Assembly (NCBI GenBank): GCA_008632985.1
Contig: QPGO01000193.1
Coordinates: 62,001 to 126,000, forward strand
DNA from: Psammoneis japonica
Taxonomy: Eukaryota
Length of the DNA: 64,000 nucleotides
Reading direction: 5' to 3'
The translations under genes were made by a program, and so were the position numbers. Below are positions 59,491 through 64,000 of this stretch, in pieces. How positions within the stretch are numbered: position 1 is the first letter of the stretch; the number at the start of each line of letters is the position of its first letter. The notes under the pieces are model-generated. The model worked only from the letters and a program-made list of their open reading frames with translations. It was not told where the DNA came from and searched no databases.

Positions 59491-61454
59491 ATGGTTCTCA
59501 CGCGACAGCAACAAACTGAAAGCTTCAAATACATTCTAGGCACTGTGCTCAATCAAGACGATGACAGCCCTCTTCGTTCTGCCCTGTCCATCAACGGGAT
59601 CGAATCGTGCGAGGATTGTTCACGTTCTTACCCACCCAAATTGACGCCCTCACTTGCAGAGACGGCGCCAATGTAGTGCCTTTGCCACGGACCCACAGAA
59701 ACCTCCTAGCAGCTTTGATCAGCTTCTACTTTGTCAAAGTTTGCAACGGTGATGATGTGACCAATGAACCCCAGTTGCTCACACCCGAGGAATTTCGCAA
59801 CTGCCGCCTTGGTCCGGACTACTTGACCTCTCTAGCCACTGGCGCAGCACCCTCCGCACCTGTGCCGAGTCCCTTGCCATCCAAACCAGGTGAACCCAGT
59901 GCCATTTTGACACCAGCCTTGCACTGTGCTGCCACTCAGGTGTCCCCCAGAAGTGGTGTCAGTCGCGCCCCGCATGTCTTGACCAACCCGCCTGCAAGCA
60001 ACCTCGGCCCAGTGCAGGATTGCAGCCCTTGCACAGGCCCACACTTCGAGACCAGTTGGGACACTCCACCCATGGCTTCCAAAGCTGCAGTCTTTGCACC
60101 CCGCAAACCACGTGCTGCCAACCTCCACGTGTCGACCGCTGTCACCCTTCACAGTCTTCGTTTGGGAAGTGATGGAGGTGACAACTTGCTTCTCGCATCT
60201 CCTGATGGGGAGCCTCCTTTTCCCGTCATTGAATCTGTTCACAACAGTTCAACCAGTTCATCAGATGGGGAGTTCAGGACATCCAAGCAGCTTTGTTGTC
60301 TTCGGATCCTCCAAGCATCGCACCATGAGACCAGGCCTCCTGATTGGATGCCTCAAGTCTCGCACCCCGAGACTGGGCCTCCTGATTGGATGCCCCAAGT
60401 CTCGTACCTCGAGACCAGGTCTCCTGATTGGATGCCTCAAGTCTCGTACCTCGAGACTGGGCCTCCTGATTGGATGCCTCAAGTCTCGTACCTCGAGACT
60501 GGGCCTCCTGATTGGATGCCTCAAGTCTCGTACCTCGAGACCAGGCCTCCTGATTGGATGCCCCAAGTCTCGTACCTCGAGACCAGGTCTCCTGATTGGA
60601 TGTCCCAAGTCTCGCACCTCGAGACTGGGCCTCCTGATTGGATGCCTCAAGTCTCGTGCCTCGAGACTGGGCCTCCTGATTGGATGCCCCAAGTGTCGTA
60701 CATCGAGACTGGGCCTCCTGATCGGATGCCCCAAGTCTCGTGCCTTGAGACCAGGCCTCCCAACTGGACTCTCCACGTCTCGTGCCTCAAGACCGGGCCT
60801 CCCAATTGGATCCTCCACGTCTCATACCTCAAGACTCGGCCTCCGGATTGGATCCCTCAAGTCTTGCGTCACGAGACTCGGCCTCCTGATTGGATCCCCC
60901 AAGTTTCGCACCTCAAGACTTGGCCTCCTGATTGGATCCCCGAAGACTCGTGTCACAAGACTGGCAAGTCCTTTTGGATCCCAGAAGTCTTGCAGCACGG
61001 GACTGGTTGCCCCAATCAGACATCTGCAGCCTTGCACCACAAGACGTCTTGCTCCAATCCGATCCCCAAAGGCTTGCACCTTGAGACTCGTTTCTCCAAT
61101 TGGATCAGTCTCTCAGGAGATGCAGCTGAGCTTGCAATTGGATTGGTGGAACACAAGACCACCGCTTGTGCCTTTGAACTCATGCTTGCTCTGTTCCCCA
61201 AGTCGTGCAAATGCCATGCCGCCTGCAATGTTGCCCCGCCGTTCAACATTGTCAACCAGACCAAGCTTTGCTCCTTCCATTGCAAGTGCGGATGTGGAAT
61301 CCCACAAGATCCCAAGTGTGCCTTGAGCTTTGAAAAGCACAACGGCATCTGCAATTGGGGAGACGCAGCTCATCTCAAGATGACCCACTTGGAGAATGCA
61401 ACGTTGCTCTTGGATCTTGATCCTTTCTTGTCTCCTCATGTTTTGGTGCTTTGA
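59491..61454 (+). pseudogene. gag-like N-terminus fused via a 14-aa repeat array to a pre-RT pol fragment; frameshift ~59615
   Basis: 'MVLTRQQQTESFKYILGTVLNQDDDSPLRSALSINGIESCED/LFTFL..LTPEEFRN.R' resembles diatom copia gag starts; 'NQTKLCSFHCKCGCGIPQDPKCALSFEKHNGICNWGDA' resembles the 'YKYG.E.P....A...D..NGN..W.DA' segment preceding copia RT (family consensus recalled, not searched). Confidence 0.65.
60327..61110 (+). repeat. 42-bp tandem array (~15 good units to 60956, ~4 degenerate), encoding ET(G/R)PPDWMPQVS(Y/H/C)L
   Basis: Unit GAGACTGGGCCTCCTGATTGGATGCCTCAAGTCTCGTACCTC repeated head-to-tail without spacers. Confidence 0.95.
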
Positions 61455-61520
61455 CTCCAAAGTTCTTCAGTCAATCCGAAGTTGAATCTGTTTCTGTGGC
61501 TCCTCAAGCAAACTGGGGAG

Positions 61521-61796
61521 TGACAGGATTTGAACAGGATTTAGGTGCGCGCGAAATGTCGCGCGCTGTTTAGTTCACCGCCCACAGTTTTGTGTGCTTT
61601 AGTTCCGCGCGTTCGCGCGCGATGTAGTTTGCTTTCGAGCCACAAGGCTCACAAGAACAATGACAGTGGCCCGATTGTGCCGACTCACACGTCTTTTGGC
61701 TCCTGCAACGGTCTCTGAGCGGAGACTCATCTGCCATTTAGACAGCAGCAAGGAGTCATTGTTTGAATTCTTGCCATTTGCCTTCAATTTCTGTCA
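61521..61796 (+). repeat. 3' LTR (276 bp)
   Basis: Direct repeat of 58280-58536, preceded by GGGGAG. Confidence 0.93.
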
Positions 61797-62249
61797 TGAG
61801 ACACATGTTGTGTCACAGTGGTTGCACGTCAATTGGAGTCAAAGGTGTGCAAGTGCTGCAAAGAAAGCTGCTTCAGTCCACTGCAACATCACCCAGTGGC
61901 ATGGGGGGAGGGGCAGATGTGGAGCAAGGGTGGAACTGAGTCACATGGGTGGGAAAAGGGATGGATTTCAAATTGGGGTTGGAGAGTTGGGATTCAATTT
62001 GGTGGAGAGCAGCGGGTCAACTGGTCAGTGAGTGATTTGGCAATTGCAAGGCTCAGGCTTTGAAGGCCCCACTGCAATGGAGTGGAAGCATGGTGGGTTG
62101 AGCCAAAGCATTTGGCAGCTGTTGTGTTTTGCCAAGCGGCAGCAGCAGCGGGGAGAATGGCCGACAGTGACAGTGGTCCAGGGAGGGGCTGGTGCTGGGG
62201 CAGGGATTGGGTGTGTTCTTGGTTGGCACCAAAAAGGAAGCAGTGAGCA

Positions 62250-62720
62250 AAGCAGCCAGGGGCTCCCAGACAGTCGACAGTGATTGGAATGAGACAAATG
62301 CCAGTGTTGTTGAGGGCAGATGCAAGAAGGGTTGCTGGCTGGTGGCTTCGTGTTGGGTTTCATGGGTGTGCCGTTGAACAACTTCCGTTTGGTGCTCACA
62401 TGGTGTGCCTCAGTGTGAGGGTCAAGGGTGGGGGCAGGCAAGCCAGGAGCAGGCAATGGAGGAGGTTTGGGGATGGTGATGTCGATTGCAAGGCAGCGGT
62501 GTCCGAGAGAAGAGGCTTCAGAGGCAGCTGGGGTGAGCTGGATGCCCACATCAGCAGGGCGCTTGAGGGGTGAATGGGGCATCAAGTCAGCAGCAGGTTC
62601 ATGGTGGATGGTGGATGAGCATTTGCAGATGCTAGATGGAGGGGCGAGTGTTTGGAGAGTCGCGCACAGGCCGTCTCGGATGGCGCTGGACATGGTTGTT
62701 TTGTGTCCTGGGGATCGGCA
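62250..62720 (-). mobile_element. Relic of the restriction-like endonuclease domain of a CRE/R2-type non-LTR retrotransposon
   Basis: 'AIRDGL..L....EP..LMP..P.KRPAD......LAIDITI' matches the H..IRD / RP(A)D / D(V/I)T pattern of RLE domains. Confidence 0.55.
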
Positions 62721-63480
62721 GCAGAAAGCGTTGTGATCTCCATGGTCTGGGGGGTCGATGGCACCAGTGGTGCAAGAGGGGGCAGGAGATGGATTGAAGC
62801 TGGTGATTCGAGATGGGGAGCCGTAGTTTGCGTTGTAGCATGAGACGGAACTGCTCGGGGTTCAGGAGTTGCTTGATTCTTGTGTGAGTCGTGAAGTGCC
62901 AGTCCGACGTGCGTTGAGCAAAATTTTCTACAGTATGTCTGTCTGTCGTTTTCTGAATAGACGGGACTTGCTCAATCTTTGGTGGCGTCTCTACGGCTGA
63001 CTCAACGGACGAGGCTATTCAATGATGTTATACAAGCTTTTAGGTGATATTCTCATATCATAGTTCTTTCAAATGATTAGTATCGATTTGGATGAGCCAA
63101 AATCTCAATAATGATCTTTGAGTACGTATGAGTTAAAAATAAAATATTTGTCCAACGGAAGTATGCATTCAACAATCTCTGAATGTTCTGAAATTCAAAT
63201 GCAGTGGTCGCCATGCTAAATCATTATAGAGTGTTTTCGATACCGTCCGAATTATTCCTTGATGCAAGGTGAAAAACAGTTTGCAGAAGTGGACACACTA
63301 ATCGATTTTCACGTGAGCACAACGTGACTTGCCCCAAAAAATGAAAAACACTCGCATCGCCGCGTTATTGCTTCTCACGACCCCAACAAGAAGCTGAGTG
63401 AACCGTAACTTGTGTATGCTATGATGGCTACGAACATCAATTGAGTGTGTTACTGTGCTATACCATCAGACTTATAGACA

Positions 63481-64000
63481 ATGTCGGGACGTTTTGAAAC
63501 AACGACGCGTCGGTCATCGCGGTTTCGCAGCACACCTGCGTATGATGATGATTTTTATGCTCAACAAATATTTCAGGGCAGCAGCGGCCGTATGGAACCA
63601 TCCACGACGACAGAACCACCACCCGGTCCACCCCTCATGTCTCCTGCACCCATGTCGTATATTGATGTCGGTGAAGAAGAAGCATCGGCCGCATCGAGTT
63701 TGTGTGCGTCTCCCAGCATGTATCCACCACGGCGCTCACCTCGTCCCAAAACGGCCTCTGTGAAAACGGTCAATCGTTATCGTGATTTGAGTCGCAAGGC
63801 TCTTCCGACTGAACGAGGACGACTCAAGGTGGTGCGTGCCGAACAAATGCGTCTAGAAGAAGAAGCACGGCGGCAACGACAAGCTCAGGAAGAATTGCTA
63901 TTGCAAGAACAACGGGCAGAGTTGGAAAAGCAGCAATTCAAACAGCACGAATTCCAATTGTTGTCGAATCAATTGAGTCAAATTCTATATTGGTTGACAG
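63481..64000 (+). CDS. 5' part of a hypothetical protein (runs off the window)
   Basis: Open frame from ATG 63481 (MSGRFETTTRRSS...) to the end, with a Glu/Gln/Arg coiled-coil-like stretch; normal TA content. Confidence 0.7.
   Translation, partial: MSGRFETTTRRSSRFRSTPAYDDDFYAQQIFQGSSGRMEPSTTTEPPPGPPLMSPAPMSYIDVGEEEASAASSLCASPSMYPPRRSPRPKTASVKTVNRYRDLSRKALPTERGRLKVVRAEQMRLEEEARRQRQAQEELLLQEQRAELEKQQFKQHEFQLLSNQLSQILYWLT

Larger units (their letters stand above)
58280..61796 (+). mobile_element. Non-autonomous Ty1/copia (CoDi-like) LTR retrotransposon, 5-bp TSD TGAGA
   Basis: LTRs TGACAG..CTGTCA at 58280-58536 and 61521-61796; TGAGA at 58275-58279 and 61797-61801; purine tract GGGGAG before the 3' LTR; no RT or integrase core inside. 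Confidence 0.93.
56300..62820. repeat. TpA-depleted nested repeat domain
   Basis: TA nearly absent; hosts the LTR element and a non-LTR relic; ~97-bp-period duplication at about 56909-57094. Confidence 0.85.

Noticed and set aside
60327..61110. CRISPR array
   Set aside because: Units are contiguous 42-bp tandem repeats with no unique spacers, lie inside an LTR element, and no cas genes are present.
1..62820. Hundreds of short overlapping Cys/His-rich ORFs as novel metal-binding proteins
   Set aside because: They occur in all six frames, mainly in TA-depleted DNA. Loss of TA removes TAA/TAG stops and Tyr codons and inflates TGY/CAY codons, so they are by-products.
1..62820. Classical fungal RIP or CpG decay alone as the explanation
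   Set aside because: RIP raises TpA and AT content, the opposite of what is seen. CpG decay cannot remove TA or turn conserved Tyr into Cys/His, and CpG is still abundant where TA is already gone.
1..64000. A gene for the mutating enzyme, or tRNA/rRNA genes, in this window
   Set aside because: I recognised no deaminase (HxE..PCxxC), DNA methyltransferase or Y-family polymerase motifs; the 26701 methyltransferase looks like a small-molecule type; no RNA gene was recognisable by eye.

Overview
Eukaryotic genomic DNA, most likely from a pennate diatom. This is inferred from short 78-99 bp GT-AG introns, a CoDi-like copia LTR element, helicase-associated (HA) domain genes and an 'LRG..RRLQ' secreted-protein motif. 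Ordinary gene islands (lipase, methyltransferase, GT8, GT1, Nudix, BTB, MFS, two beta-helix proteins, and others) alternate with six repeat-rich domains covering roughly half the window. In those domains the TpA dinucleotide is almost absent and, in the most decayed parts, CpG is too. Five internal comparisons show TpA being converted to TpG or CpA: paired LTRs, helicase paralogs, a 42-bp tandem array, a 103-bp overlap across an N, and conserved Tyr codons turned to Cys/His. This looks like a repeat-targeted A:T>G:C hypermutation process running opposite to fungal RIP, and it is the main candidate for an undescribed system here. Also present: five dispersed copies of an SF2 helicase + HA-repeat gene, a young 390-bp MITE with its empty site in the same window, a non-autonomous copia element with 5-bp TSD, a CRE-like non-LTR relic and a long hairpin. 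All counts are by eye and approximate; no searches were run.
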